From contig OZ024741.1 in assembly GCA_964016885.1 (NCBI GenBank), positions 413,292,001-413,356,000 on the forward strand: 64,000 bases of DNA, in the 5' to 3' direction. The translations under genes were made by a program, and so were the position numbers. Shown in pieces: positions 63,961-64,000 of this stretch (positions within the stretch are counted from its first letter, which is position 1; each line of letters starts with the position of its first letter). The stretch is from Eledone cirrhosa (taxonomy: Eukaryota). The notes under the pieces are model-generated. The model made no database searches and was not told where the DNA came from. It saw only the letters and a list, made by a program, of their open reading frames with translations.

Positions 63961-64000
63961 CTACTCACCACCTACTCCTTTTCTACACACACACACACAC

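Overview
AT-rich, repeat-saturated eukaryotic (animal) DNA with no confidently identifiable host gene. The SINE/RTE/microsatellite content suggests a coleoid cephalopod (inference only). Contents: (1) many 5'-truncated RTE-clade LINEs of at least three families (A, B, C), with a PHD-type C4HC3 finger inside the RT region and (GAT)n tails, nearly all sitting in (TA)n tracts; (2) a near-complete Penelope-like element (PLE; RT plus C-terminal GIY-YIG, minus strand, ~7791-16530) with two ~340-bp pseudo-LTRs, each carrying a hammerhead ribozyme (HHR), and with an RTE nested in its 3' region; (3) further minimal HHR motifs from several unrelated sequence families, three sets of them in fold-back palindromes with an HHR core on each strand; (4) a ~15.8-kb array of a 48-bp unit (~329 copies, with higher-order repeats) grown out of a subrepeat of the RTE/SINE 3' UTR; (5) an ~11-kb compound CT/TA satellite; (6) mariner and pogo-like relics, three non-autonomous Helitrons, tRNA-headed SINEs, and assorted mini/microsatellites. 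The giant ORFs in the ORF track are read-through of tandem repeats. All coordinates were read by eye and may be off by a few bases.
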